From Callorhinchus milii (taxonomy: Eukaryota), in NCBI RefSeq assembly GCF_018977255.1, contig NW_024704742.1, positions 17,732,001 to 17,796,000 on the forward strand: a stretch of 64,000 nt of DNA, read 5' to 3'. The notes beneath the pieces are model-generated. The model worked only from the letters and a program-made list of their open reading frames with translations, was not told the DNA's origin and did no database searches. Below, piece by piece: positions 39,781-51,414 of this stretch. The translations under genes and the position numbers were made by a program. Position 1 is the first letter of the stretch. Each line of letters opens with the position of its first letter.

Positions 39781-39860
39781 GAACATAGGAACATATATAA
39801 AGGAGTAGGCCATTCAGCCCCTTGAGCATGTTCCACCATTCTATTAGATCAGGTTGATCC
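39781..39860 (-). mobile_element. CR1-type 3' end fragment
   Basis: gaacataggaaca...ggagtaggccattcagccccttgagc...ccattc..ttagatca is the reverse complement of a CR1 3' terminus. Confidence 0.65.
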
Positions 39861-39949
39861 AACCTTTTGGCTGCTGAGGGCCGAATTCCCTATTTGAGAA
39901 AGGTCCTTGGGGCGCATAAGCAATATTTTGTTTCTCTTCCAGAGACGTA

Positions 39950-40385
39950 ACAACAATTGCACATTTTCATGTTGGAAGGACATCTTGACACTGTCGGCTG
40001 GGCAGCTGAGCTGGGGGTGGGAGACGAAAGGTGGGATGGGGAGGGGACTGAAAGCGTGGTCAGAGTTAGGTCTTGAAGTGCCTTAAAAGAGGGGGGGGAA
40101 TGAGTAGGAGGGATTCCAGGAATGGAACTCCAGAGAGCGGGATGGTAGGGGGGCAAAATGGAGATAGTGGGACAGATAGGCTGGGGAGACACTATACTGT
40201 GAGAACATAGGAACATATATACAGGAGTAGGCCATTCAGCCCCTTGAAACTAGTGTTTGCTCTGCAAAGGGAATGGTCAAGTCGGGAGATCACACAGGTG
40301 GATTGGGAGGTCACAGAGGTAGTGCTGGGAGGGAGGTGGAATGAAGGACATTGAGAAGTTTTTCGCTTGAGAAAAAGGGAGCTTT
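39950..40385 (-). mobile_element. Decayed L2 3' fragment interrupted by a 55-bp local duplication
   Basis: caacaacaa tail, then a purine-rich stretch matching the reverse complement of the L2 3' end. Confidence 0.6.
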
Positions 40386-40459
40386 TGGTGAGCAAACTGC
40401 ATGAGACTCCGATTGTCTGTCCTGACAGTGAACCAAAACGCTGCCCTCAATTTTCCTCT

Positions 40460-40695
40460 TTCACTGCTCTCTCACTCTCTCCTTCAATCACTCTCTCTAC
40501 TCCCTCTCTCACACATTCTCTAGCACACACTCTCCCCTTCTCTCACACTCTCACTCTCAATTACTCTCTCCACTTCCCTGCTCACACCCTCTCAGTCTCT
40601 CTTCCCTCTCACACTCTACCTCCCCCCTCTCAGTCACTCTCCCTCCCCCACCTCCTATCTCTCTCAATTACTTTCTCTCACTCTCCCTCTCAATC
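40460..40695. repeat. CT/CA-rich low-complexity tract
   Basis: Degenerate ctctctcacactct repeats. Confidence 0.8.
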
Positions 40696-41758
40696 AAATT
40701 ATCACGCAGTGTTTAGCAGGAAGTACTGTTAAGTGTCGGTAGTGACTGTGTAGTTGTGCATGAACAGAAAATGGAAAATAAATCTAGACCCAGATGAAAT
40801 TTCTCCCCGAATAAAGTCTACAATTGATTCAACAGATTGTTCTGTAGCTTTTAGCGTCTCTTAGCTGAGGGTTTTATTTTGTTGGAACTAGTTGCATCAG
40901 TAATACCACAGGGGCTAAGCAGCCTTAAACCAAGGAATGGCTCATGAAATGCTGGAAACTCACCCTTATTTGCTTTAAATGGCAGTTCTCAACTCATCAA
41001 TGAATCTTATAGTGCTTACTATATAAAGTAAATTGTATCTAATCTTTCACAGCCGCCCTGCAAACCTTGCGGGGAGGGGGGGAAGATTAGATAAATTGCT
41101 TCTGCCCACCTGTGTTTTTCACAGTGCACAGACTCGAGAGAAAAAATAGGAAATTAAAAAACTTGAGGCTTCATCTGTTTTCTGCATTTTCTGTTGTTGA
41201 GTTTTCTCAGATCTCTCACTAGAAAGGTTTCAAAAGTTCACCTTTCTCAAACAATTCTCAAAGAAAGAAACTCAGAATTTGAAGAATACTTTCAACATTA
41301 TGCACAGCTGCACCAGACCTGGCGAGGTACTTCAGATCAAAGAATTATTCCAGGGACAGTCAAAACCACACGCATAGTTCCTTAACTTCTTAGTATTACT
41401 CAGTGCACGTATTTAAACCAAGCAGAAAGCTAAAATGAAATTAATATGAAAGACAGAATTCCCTCTGCCCTCACTTGCACATCAGTAACGTTTCTGAAAT
41501 GGAAACGTTAATCTTTTATACATTCTTTGTCATTTCCTGGTGCACTTTTGTTTTCCACTGATTTGCAGTTAAGTTTGTACTGATATCATGTATTCCTGCC
41601 CACTCAGTCTCTGAGCTCTAAATAAAAAAAAGCCCCAGTTTATCAAGCCTTCCCTCTAACTGCATTGCAGGCAAAGTCCTGGCAAATGTTCGCTGTGCCC
41701 TCTCCAGTGCGTACAAGCAGACCATAAACAGTTGATATATTCTCGATTTCTCTTGCAG

Positions 41759-41916
41759 GAAGATACCGGGGCGAAATGTTTATGCTCAGATGCACAACGA
41801 GAAAGAACAGGAGATGACAAGTCCTGTTAATCACAGTGAAGACACTCAGAACATCATCCAGGGAGAGGAGTTTATTGATGATGATTTGGATTCCCAGACA
41901 CTCGGAAATGGAAGAG
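41759..41916 (+). CDS. SORCS2: SORCS2 cytoplasmic-tail exon: KIPGRNVYAQMHNEKEQEMTSPVNHSEDTQNIIQGEEFIDDDLDSQTLGNGR
   Basis: tgcag|G acceptor; VYAQMHNEKEQEMTSPV is diagnostic of SorCS2. The 3' boundary AG|gtagcc is the first phase-1 GT after the acidic cluster, so it is inferred. Confidence 0.88.
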
Positions 41917-41989
41917 GTAGCCTGAATTTCGTTTGTATTTCGTTTGTTTTATCCAAACGTACTTCTTTAAAATGTGTATTTTTAGTCAA

Positions 41990-42175
41990 TCATAGAATTG
42001 TACAGCACAAAAAGAGGCCATTCGGCCCATCGAGTTTGTGCCGGCTCTTTGAATAGAGCAATTAATATCAATCCCACTCCCCAGACCTTTCCCCATAACC
42101 CTGCAAACCCGTCCTCCTCAAATACCCATCCACCGCGTTTTTAAAAATAGTTATCGAATCGGCCTCGACCACCCT
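41990..42175 (-). mobile_element. CR1 LINE 3' end fragment
   Basis: catagaattgtacagcacaaaaagaggccattcggcccatcg...gccggctc is the reverse complement of the CR1 tail seen at about 56940-57003. Confidence 0.8.
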
Positions 42176-43029
42176 TCTTATATGTCTTTTTAATATAAGA
42201 ACAAATCTCCCTGGTTCCTGCCAATCTGCAGAAGCTTTGCAGGGTGACTCCTGGGAATTGAGACTTTGCCAGATGTATGAAGTTCAAGGGGACTGAAGAT
42301 GGGGGATAGTTTATAAAGAAGAAACATTGTATTTTTGTATTAAAAAACCAAAACGACAATTGAAAATGTCACAAATAAAAACACCGAGCAACTGAAAACA
42401 ACTTGAGGTTATGCAGGACCCTTCACTCAGTTAGTATTTCGGAGGCTACAAGGTGGTGGGTTGGACACTGGGAAAGAGCTTGCTTATGTGACATTAATTT
42501 ACAACGGTCACAGAGGAATTTGTGACAAGTGACTCCTGCAGTACCTGAATATGGAAAGACAACCTATTGGGAGCTCTGCTCGGTTGCTAATCTCGGTTCC
42601 TACTGCCTCTGAGCTGGATTGTAAAATGATGCCTGGTTGTGGAGCAGTCAGGAGAGGAATGTGGTATTTACTGAGCTTCACAGACTTCGGGATTGAGAAC
42701 TACATTGTGGTGGGTGGGGGTCTCCAACACATCCAGGTCATTCATATTACAGAAATTTCTAAATATAGACACATGTTGAACCCTTGTGTATAAGAATCAT
42801 CCTCGTGACGCTGTAAGGCGCTGTATCAAATGCAGGGATTATTGTTACTGTCATTAATGTCTGTTTCACAACATTCCTGACAATCAGAAACAGGCTGAAG
42901 CCTACGTTTCAATGAGGAGGTAATTCCAAATTGGATTGCCCCATTGACACCTCCCCATCCAGTCGCTAAATATCGTGGCGCAAAATATGCCCTGGACCTA
43001 ATCGATGTTTTCTTTTCTCCATGAAACAG

Positions 43030-43094
43030 GCAATCACTCAGCTGTGGTTCTCAGCATAAACTCCCGGGAAATGCACAGTTACCTGAGTAGCTGA
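43030..43094 (+). CDS. SORCS2: SORCS2 last coding exon: GNHSAVVLSINSREMHSYLSS*
   Basis: aacag|GC AAT CAC...AGC TGA; matches the SorCS2 C-terminus GNHSGVVLSINSREMHSYL. Confidence 0.97.
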
Positions 43095-44728
43095 TGTTTG
43101 CTATGGATGAAACGTTAAGACTCACCTCCATTTTATTTTGTTGTTTCTGGGGAAGGGGAGGAAGAGAGGCAGTGAAATGAACTACATTATTGGTGACGGG
43201 ACTGAGTGGGAAAATCTTGCCTCCAGTGCTTACTAAACCTTCTCCAGTCAAGCATCAGTGTGTTATAAACATCCCCTGCACAGAGAACAGCGTCACAGCG
43301 AGGAACCGTGAAGCTATCTATCTCTCCTGCACCACACTCCACACCTTCCTTTGAATGAGTTGTGTTCGGATGGGGGGGGGGGAAGGTAAGGGATCAGGTC
43401 ACTCCAATGTGTTATAAACTGAATCTCTCCGATTCTCGTCTTGCATCCTGTTTGCCTTTTTTGAGAAGCACAAGTTTGCGTTACACAATATTTGTTTCGA
43501 AAGACTGACCTGTATCACGTGTACAAACAGTGTTGCAGTCCCATCTACACAGTTATCACCTCATTTCCATTCCCAAGAAACATCTGAAACGTTTGCTGAC
43601 ATGTTATTTGAATTTTACACAATTAAAGTTTGCTCAAATATATGTTGTTTCTATAGCGCCCCGTCCTGTTTTCACTAATGCTTCATAAAATTGTATACTG
43701 TTTCTCTGTATCTTCCCCCCCCCACCCCCCCCCACCCCCCTCCACCTCCCAGCCACTGCTATAACATTCCTGCTCTTGTTATCTTATGCTCTGTTATCCT
43801 GTGAAACCTGCTGCTTTTTCTTTGCAGCATATCAAATGTTCAATCCTGTGTTCTGGTTCGTGGGTGATGCTAAAACAGTACAGAGTATAAATGTTGGGGC
43901 TGTGGTATTTGTTTGCAGCCCTTGGGCGTGGAGACAAAACAGATAAACATTTCTAGAAAATCAGGCACCCAACTGACCAAAACATAAAAAATAGAAATTC
44001 AGGCTTAACATAAAAGCAAACACTGTTTTGTTTAGTTTCTTCATAGCAGCTGGAAGAGTTTGATTTTACTAATTTTTTTTTCTTGGAGGACAATATCGGA
44101 AGTTCATTTTATTGGGATGATCTGTTGGCTTTTCATCAGCTCAGCTCCTCTGGCAGTTATCAAAGCCTTGTTTATTTGACATCACTGCTTGTTCCAGCCC
44201 GAGTTGTGAAGCAGCTTTAAGTGAATCTATTTCCCCAATGCCCACAGTCTGCGTTCGGTGGAACTTTTTTCTCTCAAAAGCTTTTTCTCCAGTTTAACTC
44301 GCATTATGCCATTTTTGCTGGAGCCTGGTGTTTTGCCCAAGACTGGCAATGCCCTTCATTGTTTCAACAGGAATCATCATCCCAGTTTTAATCTCTTATA
44401 TGTTTAAGTGATTTTTGTTCCAGAATTTTTGAAGTTGCTTCTGTATCTTTTTTTCCCCAAGCACAAAAACAGAATGCACTGTATATATGGTAATTGTTGT
44501 TGAGTGCAGTTAAAGTCTAGCCCCCAGGTGTGATGGGTCTCCTCTCAGTACCGAAGGCCATGCCTGATATGCACAATGCATTTCTAACCATTACACGTGC
44601 ATCTGAAGGGTAAAGAGTGCTGCTGTCAGTATTTGTTTATCATACCCCAAAGTGCTCTGCTCACTTTCCAGCAAGCAAACAATTTAAGGATCTTACGGCA
44701 TGAATTCTTCTTGTCGGGCTCTTCTGAG

Positions 44729-44982
44729 GGCTCAGTGAGTTTATCCAGTTGCTCGCTGAGCTGTATAAATTTGGAAGGTCCCGGGTTCAATCCCGATCTG
44801 CTGCACAGTGTTAGCTGATCTGGGACAGGGCAGCAGATAGTCTGGCACAACTGGTCTCAGAGCCCCGGGTCAGTGATGTGAACAATCAGTCAGGTTCTTG
44901 CTCCTGATCGCAAATAAGTGAGTCCAACACAAGATATACGAGCAGACATCGAGGTGAGGATAGAATCAGTCTGTGATGCTCC
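44729..44982 (+). mobile_element. Ancient tRNA-headed SINE, AmnSINE2-like
   Basis: ggctcagtgag...ggaaggtcccgggttcaatccc (A/B boxes), then gttagctgatct...aatcagtcaggttcttgctcctgatcgc...gacatcgaggtgaggatag...ctgtgatgc, resembling my recollection of the AmnSINE2 consensus. Confidence 0.6.
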
Positions 44983-47113
44983 TTTCCCCTTTTCCCGATG
45001 TTTAATACACAATTTAAGTTCCACGTAAATACTGGCCACATTCGTATGTGATCCACTGAAATGTGTAAATGCGGTCTGCCTAAATCTGTGATTGGGTTAT
45101 AGAGTAGTTGTACTGAGTGTTTCTTTTTAATTGGGGGGGGGGTCATAGCCATTTGAGTCCTGTCTCATTACTGCACTGACCTTTTCAAGTGTGGAGTCTT
45201 TCCATTTAAAGACATGTGTAATAGCCATACCAACCTGACAGGGTTTCAACTGTCGGCACCACCATTGAGCCCTGTAACATACACTAAATGGAGGTCAGTG
45301 AATGAGCTGTACACCTCGGCCCATGTCAACCACTGCTGATAATATCATCCTGACAACAAATGGATGTGACATCCATCTTCTGATGTTACCAACCGAGAGT
45401 AAGTCGGACATATTAACTGTGGAGAATGTGGGACAAAGTCTGTTTGTATTGATCATGGACTGGATTTATCTCAGCTTATGTCAGGTCCAGCTTTCTCTTT
45501 CATTAGCTCAATGGTTTCTGTTCCTCCCTGTCTTTCTGACTTGAGTTCTTCGTGTTACTGTGCCTCCTGCTGCTGCTGCTGCTGGGATTTTGTTCGAATT
45601 GCAAACCATGGACTGTTCCAAGATTACAATTAATGCTACTCTGTGAATGTTGGAGAAATCTGGTGATTGCAGTGGGAAAGAGGTGGACTTTCCCACCACT
45701 CCTTTCAGTTTGAATGCTCTCTCCTCCATGAGGTACTTCAATTTAGCTGATGAAAACAGATTCCATCGCCAACAGGTTCGTTGGACAGCCCTGAAATTGG
45801 CATTAACCCGGTTTCATGTTTTCTGTAAACTTGGCAGTGAGCCACTGAACATCTCCGAAGCCCAGGGCTCCAATCTGGGCCAGCAATCCAGATCTATTGA
45901 TGGAAGCAGTGAAGGGAAAACAAAGGAGAAACAAACCAATTCCAGCCCTACCCTATGAAAGATTGCCCTCTGTTGTACGTGGGGTGGCATTGCGAAGAGT
46001 CGTGAAAATTCCAGCCCAGAGCTGTGTGGTTGGAAAAGAACGACAACTTGTTTTTATAAAGCACCCTTCATGTGCGGTAGGTTCTTGGAGTGTTAAACTG
46101 TGACAGAGCTTCACACGGAGCCCGGGTTAAGAATTTTATTTCAATTCATGTAAAAATTATTGGGGAATGTACTCCATTGAGTCCAGCCACATCACAGCGT
46201 GGATGAAGTCCTTGGTGACAACCCAGATAATGGCTTGTCATTAGTGGGATAATGTACCTCACTGGATTGGTTGGACTTGCATTGCACAGTCGGTAGACTT
46301 GAATTGTTCTGCCAATGCCCTGTGTAACTTTCTCCTATCCTGCCTCCACTGACTCTGAAAGAATCTGTGCATTGCATGTCTATTTATTTTTCCATCTTTG
46401 ATATAATTCTCCAGACAACAATTGCAGAGTCCCCAAATCACCACTTTGATTTGTTTTGTCAAGAGATTCGTTTTGAAAATCCATTTTTAATGTAGTTCAA
46501 CTTGCAGATTACATGCAACAACCCACACCCCTCATAAACATGGTGACGATGGCTACACTTGATTTGGTTTAAAACAAAATAATGAAGAATGCCTATGTGT
46601 TCTTTGCTGGGAGCTCTGCCTCACTGGTTGAAGTTATCCATGTCTTGAGAAAGCAGATTGTTTCCTCTGCAGGAATGGGCTGTATCACAACACATTACTT
46701 GTTGAACCAGTTAACTGTACATTTTGTATATGATTTCCCAATTCATATTGACTTTGTAGTGATAGCAGTGTTTGTAGACTTATGACAAAGAGATGAACTC
46801 TGTATATTTATTTGGTTGGAGGTGTTTGTCAACAAAAACCTGTGATCTGATTGCACAGTGTTTAATGGTTAATCTTTTAATCCTCAATGTATGTATTCGT
46901 TTTTACAGAACAGAAATGTGCACATAAATGACTGAACACAGTGCTTAATTTTGTTTAACAGGATATGTTTGGACTTTATATTTGGATTTTAATGTCCAAG
47001 CCATAATTAATTTCTACAAGCTTCCTTCTCACATACGACATAACATGGCTGTGTATTCAGTTGCATCGAAGGGTATGCCTTTGTGTGAACAAAATGCACT
47101 TGAAATTCTGTTT

Positions 47114-47119
47114 AATAAA
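47114..47119 (+). promoter_or_regulatory. Candidate SORCS2 polyadenylation signal AATAAA
   Basis: tttAATAAAcatgtgg; the first canonical hexamer I noticed after the stop (an ATTAAA lies at about 43622). Confidence 0.5.
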
Positions 47120-47264
47120 CATGTGGCTCCAAATTGCACAAGTGGTTCCTTTACTCCATTTCAGAGTATTGCATGTTTTCTGGTTTTGCTTTTAATTACA
47201 TGTAATAACAAACTCAAAGCTACCACCAACAATGCTTGTTTTTGTGGGTTACAGAAACATCTAA

Positions 47265-47480
47265 GTGGGGCCGCACTTTCCTGGTTTGAATCCTACTTGA
47301 CTCATTACCATCACTACATCTCTGCAAATGTGTTTTCTTCCTGCCCCCTCATGGTCACCTGCGGGGTATCCCAAGGTACTTCATCCTTCACCCCTTCTTT
47401 TGATCAGTTAAATGCTCCCTCTTGGCGATGTCATCCACAGACATGGGATGAACTTCCACATGTATGCGGACGACACATTA
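47265..47480 (+). mobile_element. L2 RT fragment between the two putative 3' ends
   Basis: LSGAALSWFESYL...TCGVSQG...; atgtatgcggacgacac encodes MYADD. Confidence 0.8.
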
Positions 47481-47656
47481 ACCCAAGTCTACATATGTTA
47501 ATAACAAATGTGAATAATATGACTCAATGTCTCAAGATCGACGTTTAAGGCCACAAGCTCATGAAGACCATCTCAAAAGGATTGTGCGCCATTTCTTATA
47601 CTAAGGCAGTGTTTCTAATTGCGTGTTGCTGAAACATCACAATAACTCAAAATCTG

Positions 47657-47685
47657 TTTATTTTGTATTATTCAGTCACTTTATT
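47657..47685 (-). promoter_or_regulatory. Candidate distal AFAP1 polyadenylation signals (two AATAAA on the - strand)
   Basis: TTTATT at 47657-47662 and 47680-47685. Other candidates exist closer to the stop (e.g. 52972), so usage is unproven. Confidence 0.4.
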
Positions 47686-49999
47686 GTAATATACAATGCA
47701 TTTTTGGATTGCATCAAGAACCTGCTATGACTTGGCTCATCATACATAAAAAAAGACATTGACCGTTTACAGGTAAAAGTAACAAAAACACTAAGGTGCA
47801 GAAATAATTGATCATCGTTTACGGGTTTGGTTTATACATGATGTCTGTTATTCTCACGTAGGATTTTAAAAAATCAGTAAGGTTAGATACAGTGCAGAGC
47901 TATGCTAATCTTGCATATAAAACAGAGAGTATTTACATCACAGTGGAACTGTCGCTCAAAGACCTTTTCATTGATTTACACAGATTATCAGCATATTTCA
48001 AACCATAATGGGTTATTTGGCATTTATTCTCATTGTAATGGGATGGTCCACTGATTTTGAAATGGAGCAAATTTTTTCAGAAAGATATAATTAATTTCAA
48101 TGCTGAAACTCTGACTAAATTTGACACAGGTCTACCATTTGTGCCTCAATTTCTTTATGTAGTTAATCCAAATTAACTTTGATCAAAAGATCAATCTTTA
48201 AGTGATATACACTGACCTAGCCTTGTGAAGGAAGCACCTCTTGAAAGCCAAGAAACGTTCACAGGCAGTGTGGTGGAGGAAAAGAAATTATGCAGCTTGA
48301 AACAAACATAAACTCTTAAAAATAATCATTTAGAATAGTGTCTGAATGACACTAAAGTTGGCATTTAAGAATAGGACTTGTACTCAGATTGAACTACACT
48401 TATTCAAAATTTATTTTGCACATAATTGGAAGAAATATCCTGCAGGATCTTGTGTTTGGATCATAAAATCTTAAACTGAACCAGTTTTCGCAAGAACTTC
48501 TGACCTAGAAACTGGAAAATAGAGAATGCCTTACGGGAGGTATTTTGCTCTGTGTGCTCGTTGAGGTACATGTGTTAATGTCGGTGCTAATCTCTGGTCA
48601 GTAAACCTCGATCTTGAACCTTTGCAATTGGAACCTTGGCACCTAAATACTGGAATTAAGTAAGCAGGGTGGTGACTCCAGGGAAAGAGTGTGCATTTCT
48701 GCCCACAAAAAGTACAATTGCCTGCCCTCAAAAAGTACAATTTTAAGGTATAATTTCAGTTGATATCTTTAATGTCCTGTTATTGATACCTTGACATTAT
48801 GTAGAGCCCAAAGTAAATTCCCAAATCCTACTGGATAGAAGAGACAAGAACAAATACACCACACGCAGCTCAGGGAGCAGAATACACCCTGAAGAGTTAA
48901 AATGAGAATAGGTCAGCTTCCAGGCTTCCAGACATGTAATCACGACAGACTTCGTTTGGTTTCTGTAAGAATGCTTTTAAGGTATTAGTTCAGCAGATAC
49001 AGCTCAGTCACCCTTCTTAGAAGGTCTCCCGAACATGGGGAAGGATTAATGTAAACTTCTGTTCATGTCAAACTGTTAACCTCAGCACCATAAATCTAAG
49101 GCAGTGGATGCTCTAATGGGTTATCTGATTGTTCGGCGGTTGAAACGATTCCCATTTCACACCTTGCATCTTTAACTGTATTAGGATAATTCGAGCTCTG
49201 AAACTGAGGTCACTGAGGGGAGCAGTGTGTAGCTCCTGTCTTGTCAATTTATGCCTTTACCGAGGTAATCCAACAAAAAGGAATCGTGCAGTCAAACTTC
49301 AAAATAATTTACAACAGCAAAGAAAGTACATGCATGCATGCAACTACAGAACTGAGAACTAACTTTATTACATTTTCTGATTGCTTTTTCTGTAAACTTG
49401 GTAACTTTGTTTCACATATAACTTTAAACGCTTGAGACAATATACTGTATTCCCCTGCACCAATACATTTTAATACAAATTTTGCTAATGTAAAAAAAAA
49501 ACTAAAAAGTAAAGAGGAAATGGGCCCTAGAATCAAGGCATATTTCCAGGTTTCAATGCACTCTACTGAGATAGCTAATGACCATGGCTCCAGTGATGGC
49601 ACATCTTTGAATATTAGCCTGAGGCGTTTTTGGCAAACGAGTAAGATACAGTTGAGCCACTCAAAACACAGAAAGCTGCTCATTCACTGCCAAGTCCACG
49701 ATGAAACTCTGTCATATAATGTATTACAGCTATGGATATATGATTGATTTCTCATTAACAGACCCAGCGCAGAATTAATATGACCAAATACTTATTGCTG
49801 CCACACAAATAGATTAGGTAATTCATAATAAACTTTATCTTTTTGAAGGCAGGTAAACGAGAGGTAATAATACTGTTAACATGATGGTTATTAGATTACT
49901 AAATGTATGTATAAACATATACACTGCAAAACAACTGATTTTGCATTGTGTTGTTATCATAGCAACCATGCCTGAGAATAAGCTCATGCTAGGGATATA

Positions 50000-50373
50000 C
50001 AGTAAACCCCCGACTTACCGGACTCTGGATTTCCGGGAATTCATTCCTAGCCAGACAAGGTTCCCAAATGGCATTTTTTAATAAATGTCCATGGGCCCAC
50101 ATGCTTTTAGACTCCCATCAGCCCACTCTCCTATCGTGTATCCCTCCCTCCCCCCTTCACCCTCATCATCCTTTTTAATATCCTTTAGTGGCCAGGGATA
50201 CTGACTTTGAGTGAGCTATCTTCTGCTCACGGAATTCAAATAATTACAATGCCACTACTGATATTTTTCGGCACTGAAAAAAGCTGGTAAATGCTGTACC
50301 CGGCATTTATTCTGAAATTCTGGTTTGCAGGATTGGACTAGCCCCAATGGTCTGACTGCCCAAGGTTTTAGTG
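50000..50373. mobile_element. Putative Tc1/mariner (Tigger/pogo-like) MITE remnant
   Basis: TA|cagtaaacccccgacttaccgga at the left and ...caaggttttagtg|TA at the right: imperfect TIRs with TA flanks. Confidence 0.5.
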
Positions 50374-51089
50374 TATTTATGAAGCATGAAAATGACAAAT
50401 TGAGAGAGACTGTTTTTAAATCTCACGAACAGCACATACAAATTCCATCAAATACTTGTTTTTTAAAAAGGGAAGATAAGACAGTGCTGTGATGTCAATG
50501 AGATTATTGCTATATAACCGCTCCCTCAACAACTTTCAGCTTTGGTGGTTACCACTCTACCTAGTCAGCAGTAAAGAGGTCAGCTTTAAGAACGTAAAAT
50601 ATAGATGGAATTGCAGTAATGTTCAGCTATGATTACTGTTTTCTCCCAAGTCAAGTAGAAATTAATTGACCCTTTAACTTCAGTCAGTCAGCTGGTTAGG
50701 TTTGTAACTCAAGTTAGGTTAGGTTTATTTCAGAGCCAGTCTGTGGCTAAGTCATTACAAGTCATGGGGATCACCAGAGAAACTTTAGATCTGCATTTCC
50801 AATATGATCACTTCTGCAGAAACACCTGTGGTAATTCCTCAGTGAGTATATGACGCCATGAGGAAGAGACTACAGATAACCTCTGGGGAAAAATTCCACC
50901 TGGGTCCAGATTTATGTAGCAATTATAGGGTGTCCAGAATTTGGAAAATTGTTGAATTAATTCTCAACTTTGAAAGCGGTTTTCCATAATACTTAAAATA
51001 ATTTTGAAGAAAACTGGCTTAAAAAAGGCTGAGTTTAAAAACTAGACACATTTTAAATGTGCTAAAATAATACACAAGTAGAGTGAATA

Positions 51090-51414
51090 TAATAATAATA
51101 ATCCTTGCATTTGATATAGTGACTTATCACGACTTTTAGATGTCTCAAAGCGCTTCACAGAATATACCGTAAAGTGAATTGACTGTATATTTTTGTGGGC
51201 AAAAAGTGGTAGCCAATTGTGCACAGCAGTGTCCCACAAACAGTCGTGGATTGAGTGACCAATTTGTTTTTTTGAAGTGATCCACCAATCGACTAACAAA
51301 TGGGTTCCTATTTACTGCTAGGTAAACAGAGGCATGTGGAGTAAGGAAACTGGCCCAACATTTTGAACCCAGGTCTCTTGCTTGCGAGATGAGTGCTCTA
51401 ACCACTAATCTACA
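51090..51414 (-). mobile_element. tRNA-derived SINE, long form
   Basis: (TAA)n tail at the left, head at the right, central ctgtttacctagcagtaaataggaacc on the reverse strand. Confidence 0.85.

Larger units (their letters stand above)
43095..47140 (+). other. SORCS2: Putative SORCS2 3' UTR, about 4 kb
   Basis: Repeat-poor, U-rich sequence after the stop; AATAAA at 47114-47119 with downstream GU/U-rich sequence. The end is inferred. Confidence 0.55.

Noticed and set aside
7811-43094. Assignment to SORCS1 or SORCS3, and of the second gene to AFAP1L1 or AFAP1L2
   Set aside because: The tail motifs VYAQMHNEKEQEMTSPV and INSREMHSYL, the AFAP1 motifs [17 protein letters not shown] and EWE.KNGT, and the synteny all specify SORCS2 and AFAP1.
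46982-47548. 188-aa ORF between the genes
   Set aside because: Chance fusion of UTR sequence with an L2 RT fragment; no ATG start or splice support.
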